Source: Octopus sinensis (taxonomy: Eukaryota). From it: a stretch of DNA of 64,000 nucleotides. Of this stretch, positions 10,756-24,138 are shown piece by piece. The position numbers were made by a program, and so were the translations under genes. The notes under the pieces are model-generated. The model saw only the letters and a list, made by a program, of their open reading frames with translations. It searched no databases and was not told the DNA's origin. Location: NCBI RefSeq assembly GCF_006345805.1, contig NC_043026.1, forward strand, positions 620,001 through 684,000, given 5' to 3'. Numbering within the stretch: position 1 is the stretch's first letter; every line of letters begins with the position of its first letter.

Positions 10756-13700
10756 TAGTTTTATTTTTATAGCGTGCTTTCACTTCACTACCGAGCGCAG
10801 CTCTGTGTGCCTTGGGTATGTGCTGTGATTTGTTGTGATGCTCTGATGGTTATTGTATGGAAAGTGTTCTGCGTAGGATGTGTGCAGTGCCTAGCAGTGC
10901 AATTTTCTGTATGTTATATGTGTTTGTAAGTCCTGGTGTTTTTGTTATGTATTTGTCTGAATATTTTTTTATCATGCCTAATGCACCTACTATGATAGGG
11001 ATTGTTTCTGTTTTTAGATTCCAAATTCTCGTTACCTCTATTTCCAGGTCTTTGTATTTTGAAAGTTTCTCCATTTCTTTTAGAGACACGTTGTCATCAG
11101 CCGGTATTGATACATCAATTAGAAAGCATTTCTTTCCTTCATGATCTCTGACAACTATATCTGGTCTGTTGGCCTTAATTTCTCTATCTGTGTGTATCGG
11201 CATACCCCAGAGTATGGTTGCTTTCTCGTTTTCTGTGACCTTTTCTGGTGTGTGCCTATACCATCTTTTTTCTGTTGTTATTCCATAATTTTGGCATAGC
11301 TTCCAGTGTATGTAGGTTCCAACTCTGTCATGTCTGTGAATATATTCCTTCTTAGCCAGGACTGGGCAGCTAGAGATAATATGATTTATTGTTTCTTGTC
11401 CATCTCCACATATTCTGCAGTTACTTGTTATATTTCTTTTCATTACATGTTTTTTGTAATTTCTAGCGGGGAGGCTTTGGTCTTGTGCTGCAATTAAAAA
11501 TCCCCCTGTCTCTGCTTTGAGTCCTGAGCTTTTCAACCATTGCTGGGATTTTTCTTTGTCTATTTCTTTTGCGTTTAGTTTAGTCCAGTATTTACCATGA
11601 AGGGGCTTTTCTTGCCATCGTTTTATCATGGTTCTTTGTTATTCTAGTTTTAGTTTGGATTTCAATAGTTTTATAGCTTTTGTTGTTTCTTCTTCTTCTT
11701 CTTCTTCTTCTTCTTCTTCTCTTCTTCTTCTTCTTCTCCTTCTTCTTCTTCTTCTTCTTCTTCTTCTTCTTCTTCTTCTTCTTCTTCTTCTTCTTCTTCT
11801 TCTTCATATTTATTAGGTGGTATGATTTCTTGTTTGTATTTGTTAGCTTCCTTAAATACTGAGAACAGTTTTTTGTTTTGCTCGTGTTTTGCCGCTATTT
11901 GTATCAGTTTTCCTTCCTTCTGAAGTAGATATTTTTGCAGTCCTATGGTGGTTATTTTATAGTAGTTTTCCAGCTGTATAAGGCCTCTACCACCTACTAT
12001 ACGTTGTATATATAGTCTTTCTATGTCAGATTTTGGGTGATGCATCCTAGACCCTGTCATTATTTTTCTTGTTTTCCTATCTATTTTGGTCAGTTCATTT
12101 AGTGTCTAGTTAAGGATATTGTAGCTGTAACTTATAAATGGGACAGCTAAAGTGTTAATACCTATTATCTTGTTTTTAGCATTGAGCTCTGTTTTTAGTA
12201 TTGATCTAACTCGTCTATAATATTCTTTTTTTATTTTCTCTTTCATTTGTGTGTGTTGTGTCTTATCTAGTTCTGGGATTCCTAAGTATTTGTAAGTTTG
12301 GCTTAGGTCTAATTCTTTTATTTCATTGGTTTTATCTAGTGTGAAGTTACTACTCTTAACTAGTTTTCCTCTTTTCGTGGTTACTTTGGCGCATTTTTCT
12401 AATCCAAATTTCATATCTATTTCTTTGGTACATCCATGAACTGTCTTTAATAGTGTTTCCAGCTGTTTGTCATTTGCAGCGTATAGTTTTAGGTCATCCA
12501 TATATAAAAGGTGGCTGATCGTTTTGCCGTAACATTTATATCCGCATCCAGTTCTATTTAGCATATCAGATAGAGGTGACAGTGCCAAGCAGAAAAGGAG
12601 TGGAGAGAGAGTGTCTCCCTGGAATATTCCTCTTCTAATGGGGATGGCTTTTGTTTTCATGAGTCCCTCTTTTGTTTGGAGCTGTAGCACGGTTTGCCAT
12701 TTATTCATAGAGTGCCCTATGAATTTTATAAGGGTTGGTGCTACTTTGTTAATGGCTAGTGTTTCGAGGATCCATGTGTGGGGGATGCTATCAAACGCCT
12801 TTTTGTAGTCGATCCAGGCCATACTGAGGCCTTTCTTCTTTCTGTGGCTGTCTTCAGTTATGGCTTTATTAATCATTAGTTGATCTTTACAGCCATATGA
12901 GCCTTTGCGGCATCCTTTCTGCTCTTCTGGAAACAGGTTGTTTTCGTCCAGGTGCTTGTTCAACCTTTGCGATATCACTGCAGTAAGTGCCTTGTATATT
13001 GTAGGGAGACAGGTTATTGGTCTGTAGTTTTCTGGTTTTGCTGTCTCATTTGATTTGGGAATTAAGATAGTTTTCCCCTTCGTGAGCCATTCAGGCATTG
13101 TCTCTGGCTCTGCTAGCATGCTGTTAAAGTTTTCAGCCAGCTTTTTGTGCATTCCTGTTAGATATTTCAACCAGAAGTTGGGGATCTTGTCATGCCCAGG
13201 TGCCTTCCAGTTGCTTAGTTTTTGCAGTGCCTGGGTGACCTCTTCAGTTGTTATGGGGGTCCAAAGTTGCTCAGATGCTGAGTTTGTTGTTTTGATACAT
13301 CTTTTTTTTGGTTGTTCGTTCGCCGACCATATTTCTCTCCAGAATTCTTCCACTTCTTCTGCCGTTGGTGCTGCAGTGATTTCTATTTTATTTTTATTTT
13401 TGCCAAGTACTTGGTAGAACTTTTTGTGGTTGGAGTTGAACTTTTTGTTTTGTTCAAAGAAGCGCTGGCGTTTCTCGTACCGGCGGATCCTTTGTGCTTT
13501 GGCAAGGATATCTTGCTTCAGCTTTTCTTTTATCTCAGGTAAATCTTTTTCTGTGATGTTATATTTGCGGAGTATTTTTGTTTTCTTTTTGTTGCCCAGT
13601 AGCGTTGATTGTCTACTGATTTCATTAAGAATCGACAGATCTTTTCTCATTTTTTGTATTTTGTTTTGGATGTTATTTATCCACAGGGTTTGTTTGGGTG

Positions 13701-14942
13701 GTGGTACTCCTGTTTGGATGGGTTTGAGTGAGTATCCAGCTTCTTTTGTGGCTGCAGTGGCTGCTGCGTATACTAAGTCATTTAGCTTAGTGATATCGCT
13801 TTTTGTTTCAGTGGCTATTAGTTCAGTGACGGCTAGGTTTATGCTGTTTATAATAGGTGTTGTTATTTTGTCTATTTTGATTTTTGGGAGGTATGGTCGG
13901 TGGTCCATTTTGAGCTCTATGGTTTTCAGTTCTTTGATTATTTTACTTTTTATATTATCATAATCATTAGGCTCCCCCTTGTTGTCTCTAGGTTTTAGAT
14001 TTGTGTCGCTTTCTTTCTTATTTATATGTTTGTTTGTCGTGTTTTGGCTTGCTGTTTGTCGTGTATTATTATGCATCCTTACGGTCTGGGTTTGTTGTTT
14101 TTTTTATTTATATCGTGTTTGTTGGGAATGTTACGTTTGTCATCGTGTTTTATTGTTTCAGTGTTTATATTAATGGGCATCGTTGTGTGGCTTCTATCTA
14201 CATTTTCCTGGTGTATTTTTTCTTTTAGATGTTCTATTTCTATTTCTGATATTTTTTTTGCTTTGAGAATGTATCTTCGTACGTTAGCTATTTTATTAGG
14301 GTTCATTGCTGTATCCAAGTCTATATTTATGTTATTTTCCTTCCATATTTTATATGTATGTGTTGTGTTTTACATTTTTGGGGTAGAGCACTGCTGTGAA
14401 GTATGCGTGTAGGATAGAAATGTATTCCTCACGTGTCCATTTATGTCGTTTGGGTTTTATTTGCGGGACATGAGGAATAACGTTCGGCCCATTATTTTGA
14501 CGGTCGTCATTTTCGTAGGGTACCGGTCCGTTCATTTCTGTTGTCACATTGTTTTGCACGTGTAGTTTTTCGTACATTTTGTGTTGTAAGTTTAAGGTAC
14601 GTACCTCCCGATTGTTATTCTTGGGTTGAATAATATCGGTGGTATTTAATTTCTTCGTAGTTTTTTTGTACAAGGTGTTTGGGGTCGGGGATGATCTGGT
14701 GTTGATTGATCGTAATGTTTCACGCATGTTTACATGTGTTGTGTTAGAGGTTGAGATGATATCGAGTCAAAATACATCATTTCGTTTCGAAAATAGTAAT
14801 AAATTTTAATGAGTATTACTTACTCAGGTACAGTCCAATCCTTTGTTAGTAAATCTTTGGTTTCATACGATGTCCTTGTTTTCGATGTTTGTGGATAGAT
14901 TTCAGAGCTCTGTTGTATCGTTGTATCTTAAACGTCCCCCGG

Positions 14943-14944
<2 letters not shown>
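10753..14944 (-). mobile_element. Near full-length R4/Dong-clade non-LTR retrotransposon (subfamily 1), decayed
   Basis: Myb-like RHKWTREEY; RT (NWKAPGHD, YRPITCL, DYKKAFDS, RGIFQGDTLSP, YMDD); CRICG..ETINHIISSC zinc finger and RHD...RPDIVV...IDV restriction-like endonuclease; TAG at 12106 and other stops; (TAA)n on both sides. Confidence 0.92.
11689..11805. repeat. (GAA)n expansion inside the Dong ORF
   Basis: (TTC)n run between the RT thumb and the endonuclease region. Confidence 0.9.
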
Positions 14945-14986
<42 letters not shown>

Positions 14987-14987
<1 letters not shown>

Positions 14988-16661
14988 TTTTTTTTTTCTT
15001 CCTTCAAATTTTATTCCATTTCTTGCCGAGTGTCTTCCCGACTCCTAGGGCAAAGAAACTCATAGTGTATATTGGTAGGCCATTAAACCAAACTCAGTAG
15101 TTCGTTAATTTTTTTTTTTTTTTTTTTAAAGTTAAATTAAAATGCATGAGCAGCAACAGTTCTCACATCGACAATGCTCTTCTCAATACGTGTGATGTAC
15201 CAGTTAAGACAATCTTTTGCACTTCTTGCAGGGATGGTAAGCCAGGGATCATTCTCATATAATTTTCGGTTCCCTTCTTGATCATTCCTAGTGCTCCTAC
15301 GATCACTGGTATTGTAACCGCCTTGAGATGCCACATTTTCTCAATTTCAATGAGTAGGTCTTTATATTTTCTGAGCTTGTCAAACTCTTCCGCTGAGATA
15401 TTATGATCACAGGGGATGCTCATGTCGATCAATAAGCAAACTTTATTGTTTTGGTCTTTCACAACAATATCTGGTTTATTGGCCTTGATGGTTCGGTCTG
15501 TGTGTACTGGAAAGTCCCACAGAATGGTTACATTTTCTCCTTCAGTTACAGCCTCAGGGTGGTGATTATACCACTTGTCGGCAGTTTTGATACTGTAATG
15601 CCGACTTATTAGCCAGTGGAGATATTGGCCAACTCTGTCATGTCTTAATTTATACTCCACTGGTGCTAATACTTTACATCCAGAGATTAGGTGGTCCACT
15701 GTTTCAATCATGTCGTTGCAGAATCGGCATTTTGGGTCTGCTCCATTTTTCATCGCATTGGCCTGGTAGTTCCGGGTTGATAGGCTTTGGTCTTGAGCAG
15801 CCAGGATGAAACCTTCGCTCTCTGCTTTTAGCCCTGAGCTCCGCAGCCACTGATGGGTTTGCTTCTGGTCAACATCAGCTTGTTTGCTGCGGGTCACATA
15901 TTTGCCGTGCAGAGGTTTCTCCTCCCACCTATCAGCCAATTGCTCGTGCGCTTTTTTCATTGCCATCATTTTCACCTTCTTTGCAACAATAGTTGCCGTA
16001 CTTCCCTCGGGTTGTTCAGTTTGGGTATCCTGCACGAGATCAATAGCAAATTTTTTGCTTTCCTTGATGATAGAATGAAGCTTCTTTCGTCTCTCGTGAT
16101 TTTCCACGAGCTTTAGCATCCAGTCATTCGATATTTCGAGATATTTGGCCAGTCCAATTGTGGTTGTTTTGTAAGCTAGTTCAAATTGGATCAGGCCTCG
16201 ACCTCCTTGGGCTCTGGGAAGGTAAAGGCGATCTACGTCTGCCTTTGGGTGGTGCATCCTATTACAACTCAGCAGCTTGCGTATTTTTCTATCTATATTC
16301 TTTACTTCACTCATATTCCAGTTCAACACATTGTAGCTATAAGTAACAACTGGAACTGCTAGGGAATTTATAGCTAACACCTTGTTACGTGCATTTAGTT
16401 CAGATTTCAGGACTGCACGAACTCTCCTATAACATTCCTTCCTGATTTTCTCTTTCATGCTTGCATGCTGAATACCAGAGCCTTCATTTATCCCTAAATA
16501 TTTGTATGTTTGTTCTTGCTCAAGCTCTCTTATGACTGTGTCAACATCTAACACGACTGAATTTGTGGTCTTCACTTTCCCTTTCTGGAAAGTGGCCTTG
16601 GCACACTTCTCAAGTCCAAACTCCATCCCGATGTCATCGCTGAATGATTTCACGGTGCGCA
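14987..16661 (-). mobile_element. 5'-truncated R4/Dong-clade element (subfamily 2) with open 499-aa C-terminal frame
   Basis: ORF 15163-16662: FGLEKC, YKYLG, CRFC..ETVDHLISGC, RHD, KPDIVV, LIDMS; distinct 3' UTR; flanked by (TTA)n at 14945-14986 and 16662-16690. Confidence 0.92.
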
Positions 16662-16690
16662 ATATTATTATTATTATTATTATTATTATT

Positions 16691-17239
16691 GAGTGAGAGA
16701 GCAGTTCATGCCATCAAAGTGACACTGGGGTAAAATATACGAAGCCCAATATACCCATCATGACTACCCGTCTGATAAAGGTACACCAGGCACATGCATC
16801 ACAACCATATGTGCGCGACATGGTGATCTCATATCAAGATAAACAGCACATGACCTTGCAGGTGGGGCCCAGTTAGAATTTTCTTCAGGTTGAGTAGCCC
16901 ATCCCGCTCAAAAGGTCCCTGAATAAGGGTTGCTTTAGGATGTTGAACGAAACACCTATGTTTCCAGAGGTGAATTATTCAAACTCCAAAGAATCCCTCT
17001 CAACACATGGCCATGATGCTCCCCCACTACTTCTGCTCGTGATCAGAGATGCACGTATTGTCAGCCACTAAGGGACATGCTCAACTGGTTAAGGTCAAAC
17101 AACTGACAAGCAAATCTGTGGTATTGAGCAGAATATTTGCTGTAGCCCATCTTTTATACCAAGACAGAACAATGTACATGATACCACTTCCAATCAGTTA
17201 AGATCAGAAGCCATGAGAGCCTCTGCCTGGTACTGCATC
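16691..17239 (-). mobile_element. Unclassified ~550-bp non-coding TAA-flanked element, copy 1
   Basis: Minus strand GATGCAGTACCAGG...CTCTCTCACTC followed by (AAT)n; second copy at 17312-17866. Confidence 0.7.
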
Positions 17240-17248
17240 AGGGCTATT

Positions 17249-17311
<63 letters not shown>

Positions 17312-17866
17312 GAGTGAGAGAGCAGTTCATGCCATCAAAGTGACACTGGGGTAAAATATACGAAGCCCAATATACCCATCATGACTACCCGTCTGATAAG
17401 TGTACACCAGGCACATGCATCACAACCATATGTGCGCGACATGATGATCTCATATCAAGGTAAAACAGCACATGACCTTGCAGGTGGGCCCAGTTAGAAT
17501 TTTCTTCAGGTGTTGAGTAGCCCATCCCGCTCAAACGGTCCCTGAATAAGGGTTGTTTAAGGATGTTGAAAGAACCACCCATGTTTCCAGAGGTGAACTA
17601 TTCAAACCCCAAAAAGAATCCCTCTCAACACATGGCTATGATGTTCCCCCCCACTACTTCTGCTCGTGATCAGAGATGCACATATCGTCAGCCACTAAGG
17701 GACATGCTCAACTGGTTAAGGTCAAACAACTGACAAGCAAATCTGTGGTATTGAGCAGAATATTTGCTGTAGCCCATCTTTTATACCAAGACAAAACAAT
17801 GTACATGATAACACTTCCAATCAGTTAAGATCAGAAGCCATGAGAGCCACTGCCTGGTACTGCATC
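17312..17866 (-). mobile_element. Unclassified ~550-bp non-coding TAA-flanked element, copy 2
   Basis: Same termini as copy 1 with scattered substitutions and indels. Confidence 0.7.
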
Positions 17867-17879
17867 TATTATTATTATT

Positions 17880-17969
17880 ATTCTATGTTTGACTTTTGCT
17901 TTATATTTGTACAAGTTGGCTCCAAGTCTCACCCAGAGACCTCAAGAGACAACAGGTTGGAAGTTCATG
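17880..17969 (-). mobile_element. Possible ~90-bp 3' tail of a third R4/Dong-like family
   Basis: Unique island between TTA tracts; CTTGAGGTCTCTGGGTGAGACTT loosely resembles the subfamily 2 3' UTR; followed by (AAT)n. Confidence 0.35.
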
Positions 17970-18038
17970 TTGTTATTATTATTATTATTATTATAATTAT
18001 CATTATTATTGTTATCATTATCCTTATTATTATTATTA

Positions 18039-18084
<46 letters not shown>

Positions 18085-18094
18085 CATTATTATT

Positions 18095-18159
<65 letters not shown>

Positions 18160-18167
18160 CATTATTA

Positions 18168-18214
<47 letters not shown>

Positions 18215-18226
18215 ATAATAATAATA

Positions 18227-18280
<54 letters not shown>
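17970..18280. repeat. (TTA)n microsatellite
   Basis: Direct reading. Confidence 0.95.
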
Positions 18281-18283
<3 letters not shown>

Positions 18284-18284
<1 letters not shown>

Positions 18285-18663
18285 GAGGCGCAATGGCCTT
18301 GTGGTTAGGGCAGCGGACTCGCGGTCGTAGGATCGCGGTTTCGATTCCTAGACAGGGCATTGTGAGTGTTTATTGAGCGAAAACACCTAAAGCTTCACAA
18401 GGCTCCTGCAGGGGGTGGTGATGAACCCTGCTGTACCCTTTCACCACAACTTTCTCTCACTCTTACTTCCTGTTTCTGTTGTACCTGTATTTCAAAGGGC
18501 CAGCCTTGTTACACTCTGTGTCACGCTGAATCTCCTCGAGAACTACGTTAAGGGTACACGTGTCTGTGGAGTGCTCAGCCACTTACACGTTAATTTCATG
18601 AGCAAGCTGTTCCGTTGATCGTATCAGCTGGGACCCTCATCGTCGTAACCGACGGAGTGCTCC
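18284..18663 (+). mobile_element. tRNA-derived SINE (family 4)
   Basis: GGAGGCGCAATGGCCTTGTGGTTAGG (A box), GGTTTCGATTCC (B box), ends in a TTA tract; degenerate relative near 37870-37940. Confidence 0.8.
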
Positions 18664-18666
18664 TAC

Positions 18667-18723
<57 letters not shown>

Positions 18724-18746
18724 CATCATCATTATTATTATCATCA

Positions 18747-18795
<49 letters not shown>

Positions 18796-19160
18796 CATCA
18801 TCATTATTATTATTATTATTATTATTATTCCTCTTCTTCTTCTTCTTCTTCTTATTATTATTATTATTATTCTCATTCTTGTACTTGTACTTCTTTTCCT
18901 TCTCCTCCTCCTCCTCCTCCTCGTCCTTTCCAACCTCCTCCTTCTTCTTCTTCTTTTTCTTCTCAACGTCATCCTTCTCCTCCTCCTTGTTCATTACCTT
19001 CTCCTCTCCTCCTCCTCCTCTCTTTCATCTTCTCTTCTTCTTCTACTCCTCCTCCTCCTCCTCCTCCTCTCCATCTTCTCCTTGTCTTCTTCTGCTTCTC
19101 ATCCTCCTCTCCTTCTTCTCCTCCTTCTCTTCTTCTTCTTCTTCTGCTTCTCCTTCTTAT
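18664..19160. repeat. Compound (TTA/TCA)n + (TTC/TCC)n tract
   Basis: Direct reading; inverted counterpart at ~30845-31340. Confidence 0.9.
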
Positions 19161-19885
19161 TTGTGCTTCTGATGAAGTGCAAACACAATGAAGTTCCACA
19201 ATCGTTGATGGACAATTTTGTCCACTGCTCATATTTTGCCCTGTAACTTTTCACAGGCTAATTACGACTCCAGAGTTTTGTTAATTGTTTTATTTCTATA
19301 TCTGTAGAAGCTACGTCTATCTTGAAATGCTGTGCTACTGGATGCTTCATTAAAAAATAAGTCTGAATTCATTCCATCCTTAACCACAGACTTATCTTGG
19401 GGTTTAGGAAAATAAACGAATATTCTAAAATAATAATGTCATAAAAAGATAATCTTTAACATTTTCTTATTTTTTGTGTCTGTTACCATTCCACTTCAAA
19501 GGAAGTCAATGTCATACGGAATGAATATGGGTTTAATTCGTTTTACGCTTTTTATTTCTATTGAAATATTTTTGGTATGTTTTTCTCATTTTTATATCTT
19601 TGCACTTCTGTGTCCTTCTTTGTCAATGGAATATCAAAAATAACAATATGGTAGCGACGCAAAACAAAGAGAAACTAAAGATGATCTAGCAGTGTTTTGG
19701 ACGCAACTCACCTCAAGACGTGCATGAATTCAGCTATTTTTTAATCATATTCGTGCAATAATGAGTATGATGTGTGTAGCGTTCAGCAATTACCAGCTGA
19801 TGATGATAGCCTGAAACAACTGTAGTAATAAAAGCTGTTCATTCCATTTTCTCGTATTAACATTTATTAAGCACGCACTCCTATA

Positions 19886-19922
<37 letters not shown>

Positions 19923-20214
19923 ATTAGTGAGTGTGTGTGGGCACGCACGATAATAGTGACAATATATTATGAATGATTTTAAATGGCAGTGTCATTAAAT
20001 TTTGGACATAATATTTTTAATTAATTAAGTACTTATTTATGTGCCTTGACGTTCTGAGTTTAAATACAGTCAAGGTAAACTTTGGTTTTTAAAATCAATA
20101 AAATAAGTAATCTAATAGATTCTTTTCTCTCGCAAAATTGATGACTTTTTGCCAACTTAATTCTTTCTATGTTTGTGTATATGAATGCGCATAAAAAATA
20201 TTTTGTGTACGTAC

Positions 20215-20393
20215 CTTCTCGATTGGAAGATGACTCCAGAAATCAAGGATAGGATGTCGGAAGAAGTTAGGACAGAAGGTATCGACGCATTTTTCCACTT
20301 TCCAGGTTGAAGGACTTCCTATATTAAAAAATGAATCATAGACATACGAACCGGCTCCCATTGATAGGGCATATACTTTTATCCATTGGCTGT
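20215..20393 (-). CDS. Copy B exon 2 of secreted PAN-like family
   Basis: atttcag|AC AGC CAA TGG..GAG AAG|gtacgt; SQWIKVYALSMGAGSYVYDSFFNIGSPSTWKVEKCVDTFCPNFFRHPILDFWSHLPIEK; 179 bp, phase 1 to 0. Confidence 0.8.
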
Positions 20394-20397
20394 CTGA

Positions 20398-20458
<61 letters not shown>

Positions 20459-20459
20459 T

Positions 20460-21480
20460 GAACAGATATTATGTGACCAAGCAAGAGCAATACCAAGCAA
20501 GAATGGATGGTTAACAAAATTGGAGCTAGAAGCTATTAAAAGAAGGATATCGGGTGATGCTGGGCAAGCGAGAAACGAAAGTTGTACAGTGGAAGAGATG
20601 GACAATTGGTCGCAAGAATATACTACCGTGGATTGTGAAAGAATTGAGATCAGTGACTATTTAGACAGAATTTTGTATTTATGAAATACAGAAGGGGTAG
20701 AATTTATGTGCGAGTTTAAGAAGGCTAACCAGTGGAGACTAAATCAAGAGACGAGTAAAAGTCATTAACGTATTGAGACATATTGAGACACATTATATGC
20801 ACAATAATGTATTGAGAAACAAAAAAAACATCACGCAAATTAATAATCTTATCAAGGCTGCAAGTGGGATTGTGGCGGAAAGGATGGGATTGAGAACTAC
20901 TGAATATCGGCGGATAGAAGAGGAAATAAACAACCGTGGTGGGAAAAATGAATTTCTGAAGATATAAATCCTTTAATATTTTAGTGTCAATACTTGTCAG
21001 GAAAAGAAAGGGAGAACTTAAGAATGAATAAACAGTGGAAAAGGTTAGGAAGAAGTGTGGTGTAGATAAATTAAGTTGCGTTCTGGGGTCGATCTAATCG
21101 ACTGACCCCGTCCCCCAAAATTTCGGTCCTCGTATCTAGAGTAAAAAAGAATTACCGAACAGAGACTTGATTAAACAAATTGAAAGAGAGGGTTACAGGT
21201 ACCTTGGTGTACTAGAGTTCAATGAGATAATGAAGGAAATGAAAGAGCAAATGATGAAGAAGTATTTCCGAAGACTGAGGCTGGTGTTGCACTCAGAATT
21301 AACCGGATGGAATAAAAACTAAGGTGTTAATACGTGGGTGATAGCATCACTTCGGTATGTAGCGGGAATTATAAAATAGCAAAAGAGAGAATTGAAGAAA
21401 ATGGGTACCAAAACCAGAAAATGCTGACAGTAGACGGAAAGTCTATCGGTATCAGTCTTAGACTAATACCGATAGACTGT
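20460..21480 (+). pseudogene. Old R4/Dong fossil: N-terminal part joined to thumb region
   Basis: KNGWLTKLELEAIKRRI at ~20500; after ~21160 GYRYLGV...KYFRRLRLVLHSEL; many stops. Confidence 0.7.
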
Positions 21481-21599
21481 ACTTTTCGAAAGAAAGAGTG
21501 GGGGAGGTTTGTCATTTGTATTTATAATTGTGAATATATTCACTTCAGGAAGTTATATTTTCACTGGCATTTATCCCCCTTTTTTTAGACTCAGATCAC

Positions 21600-22475
21600 A
21601 TTTATGATTTTTTAAAAGAAATTCAGATCCTGTTGAGAAAACCTTACTCACACTTAATATTTTTCGCACAGTATTTAAAATCATAATTATTCTTACTTAA
21701 AAATCACTCTTTGAAAAACATAACCATATACGGGTAAATCAAAAACATTTGGAATTTTAATAAAGAAAGAAATACATATATCTTTTTGACTTCATCCATA
21801 CCAGCATACTCTTCCCCTTACACTAATGAATACAAATGAATTAAACAACAAAATCTTGAAATGTAATTATAATTCTTACTGGAGAAAATCAAAAGCAGCA
21901 TCTGGTTTTCCAAAGTTTCAAAATTTTACATGTCTCCATAGAACAAAGTTCACATCCATTTCTACTATTTTTATAAGGCTGTGCCTTTCTTATTATATCC
22001 CATTTTAGGTTAAACTCGATATTTTTTCCTTTCAATTGCCAAATCTTAATAGACAGCGTTGTGCAAACCGCCTTATGTTTAAGCCTAAAACTAGAGAAAT
22101 GGTTGTTCAAGCGTTGTATCGAACATCCGAAATAAAAATAGCTATTATTTGAAGTCATTATTGTACATTTATAAATCAAGTTTTGGAGTAGACACCGACT
22201 AGATACAGGACATCTTGATCTAATTCTACAATTACAACTGGGGGGGATGATTCCTGATATTAGTATTATTTAGGAACAAGCTGTTTTCATTGTTATTATT
22301 AGAGCTATTATTAACATTAGTATTATTTCCTTAATCTATAATTATACTGTTATGTAGGTTAGGGTTGTTTGTTACTAATTTTTTCTCCATTCCCTCGCTT
22401 TCCACATTTTTATTATTATCATTTATATTATTGATATTATTATATATGTATTGTTTATATTAATGTTATTATTAC

Positions 22476-22509
<34 letters not shown>

Positions 22510-22526
22510 TATTATTATTATTATTA

Positions 22527-22582
<56 letters not shown>

Positions 22583-22585
22583 TAC

Positions 22586-22628
<43 letters not shown>

Positions 22629-22860
22629 GCTATTTTCAACATTTCTGGCTAACTTAATATTTTTTCTATTTAATCTAGCTATTATTGTACCTAACTTTGG
22701 AAGAGTAGAGTATGATATTCTAACTGATTTAATAGAAATTATTTTATAATATTTATGGGAAGCAGGGAAGTTTGTTTCTAGTATGGACATAAATTTACCA
22801 TATATGTTCGTAGAAATTGCCCAGTTGAACGGAATATTCAGCCAGTGTACATGCATATAC
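21600..22860 (-). mobile_element. Penelope-like element 3' fragment (linker + GIY-YIG)
   Basis: FPASHKYYKII..SVRISYSTLP linker; ORF 21889-22179 IYKC..YFYFG..RLNNH..WDII...CELC. Confidence 0.75.
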
Positions 22861-22890
22861 ACAAACGCGCGCACATGCATATTTTAGTAT

Positions 22891-22927
<37 letters not shown>

Positions 22928-23285
22928 AGGTTTCTTTCTTTCTTTCTTTCTTATTTGTTTATACATTTATTTACTTATGTATATTGCCAAATTGTACGGG
23001 AAAATTGTTTGAAAAATATGAATCAATTCCTCGACATTATGGTTTTAAAATTCGATCTAGAATAATTGAGAGGGAAATAGAATTTTCACCTGCTGAATAA
23101 AGCCACAGCTCTTCGACCTGTATCTAGTTTGATAAGTGCCAACTCACGAAACTCTCAGCCATTCAGCAACTGTTTTGCTTCTGATAAGTATTGATAAACA
23201 AATACAAATATTCAATATTTTGTGTACTATTTTTCCTGTTTGCATCACAACACCTATTTATACTTGTGTGTGTATGTGTGTGTGC

Positions 23286-23317
<32 letters not shown>

Positions 23318-23321
23318 GTGC

Positions 23322-23369
<48 letters not shown>

Positions 23370-23547
23370 CTGCAAGCGTTCCCTTAAAAGGTTTGCATGT
23401 TTATTTCACATGAAATGAATAAAGTTATATTTCAAAGCCAACCAACAATGATAAAAATTGATTGTGTTCGGTGCAGAAGTATGGACGTGTCGCCGTTGCC
23501 TCATCTACGTTGCCGGGTTTCAAGGCCTTTCTACATTGGAAATCTAG

Positions 23548-24138
23548 GGTATAGCCACGTTACCTGTTCAGCTTTTATATCTCCACCACTTACACAAACA
23601 CATCCACTCCATCGACAGGTAATAATACTAAAATGTCACCATCACAAAACACCACAGCAACGACATTAATCGACATCGGAACGATCCAATCACTGCTCAG
23701 CTCTATGTTCTGTGTGTTTATTGAAGCGCATAACTCTACTGAAGGACTTCTTTCCTTCATAGCAATCAAAGAATAAGTATTGAAATGCTTGGTATATTTC
23801 ACTTCCGTAGAGAAATACCGGCATATTAGCAAACAAGCTTTATCTGAGAGGTTGTTACTAACAGCGGTGGACAGTCTGTGAGCTTTGATTATTTATGGAC
23901 ACATCTGAGACTGAAAGTAATATTGATAAGAGAACATAAGACAGAGAGTAGTGGCTAGTACTGGCATTTCTGAAGAGTCCTGGTATCTATAGACACAAGT
24001 TTGGGTAATAGAGGAAAGCATTGATAGACGGAGACAGCAAGGAGGGCAGAGGAAAGTTGTGACATTGATAAACAGTTCTGATATCAACCGTTCACAGAAA
24101 GAGCTAAAGTGTAAAGTCAGCATTCAACCTGATTGAAG
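23548..24138 (+). promoter_or_regulatory. Conserved upstream block / putative non-coding first exon of copy A
   Basis: Homologous by eye to the reverse complements of 44486-45089 and 58879-59432; ends TTGAAG|GTAGGT at 24139. Confidence 0.55.

Larger units (their letters stand above)
9026..21068 (-). repeat. Left arm of inverted segmental duplication (includes ~8 kb of arm-specific insertions, 10753-18663)
   Basis: 9026-10750 is the reverse complement of ~32230-33901; ~18660-21068 is the reverse complement of 28944-~31340; by eye ~99% identical outside microsatellites and exon 4. Confidence 0.92.

Noticed and set aside
17120-17240. Faint U2 snRNA resemblance in the 550-bp element (ATCAGTTAAGATCAGA, CCTGGTACTGCA)
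   Set aside because: Short, gapped matches with wrong spacing and no Sm site or branch-recognition sequence. An HDV-like fold at the minus-strand 5' end also could not be completed.
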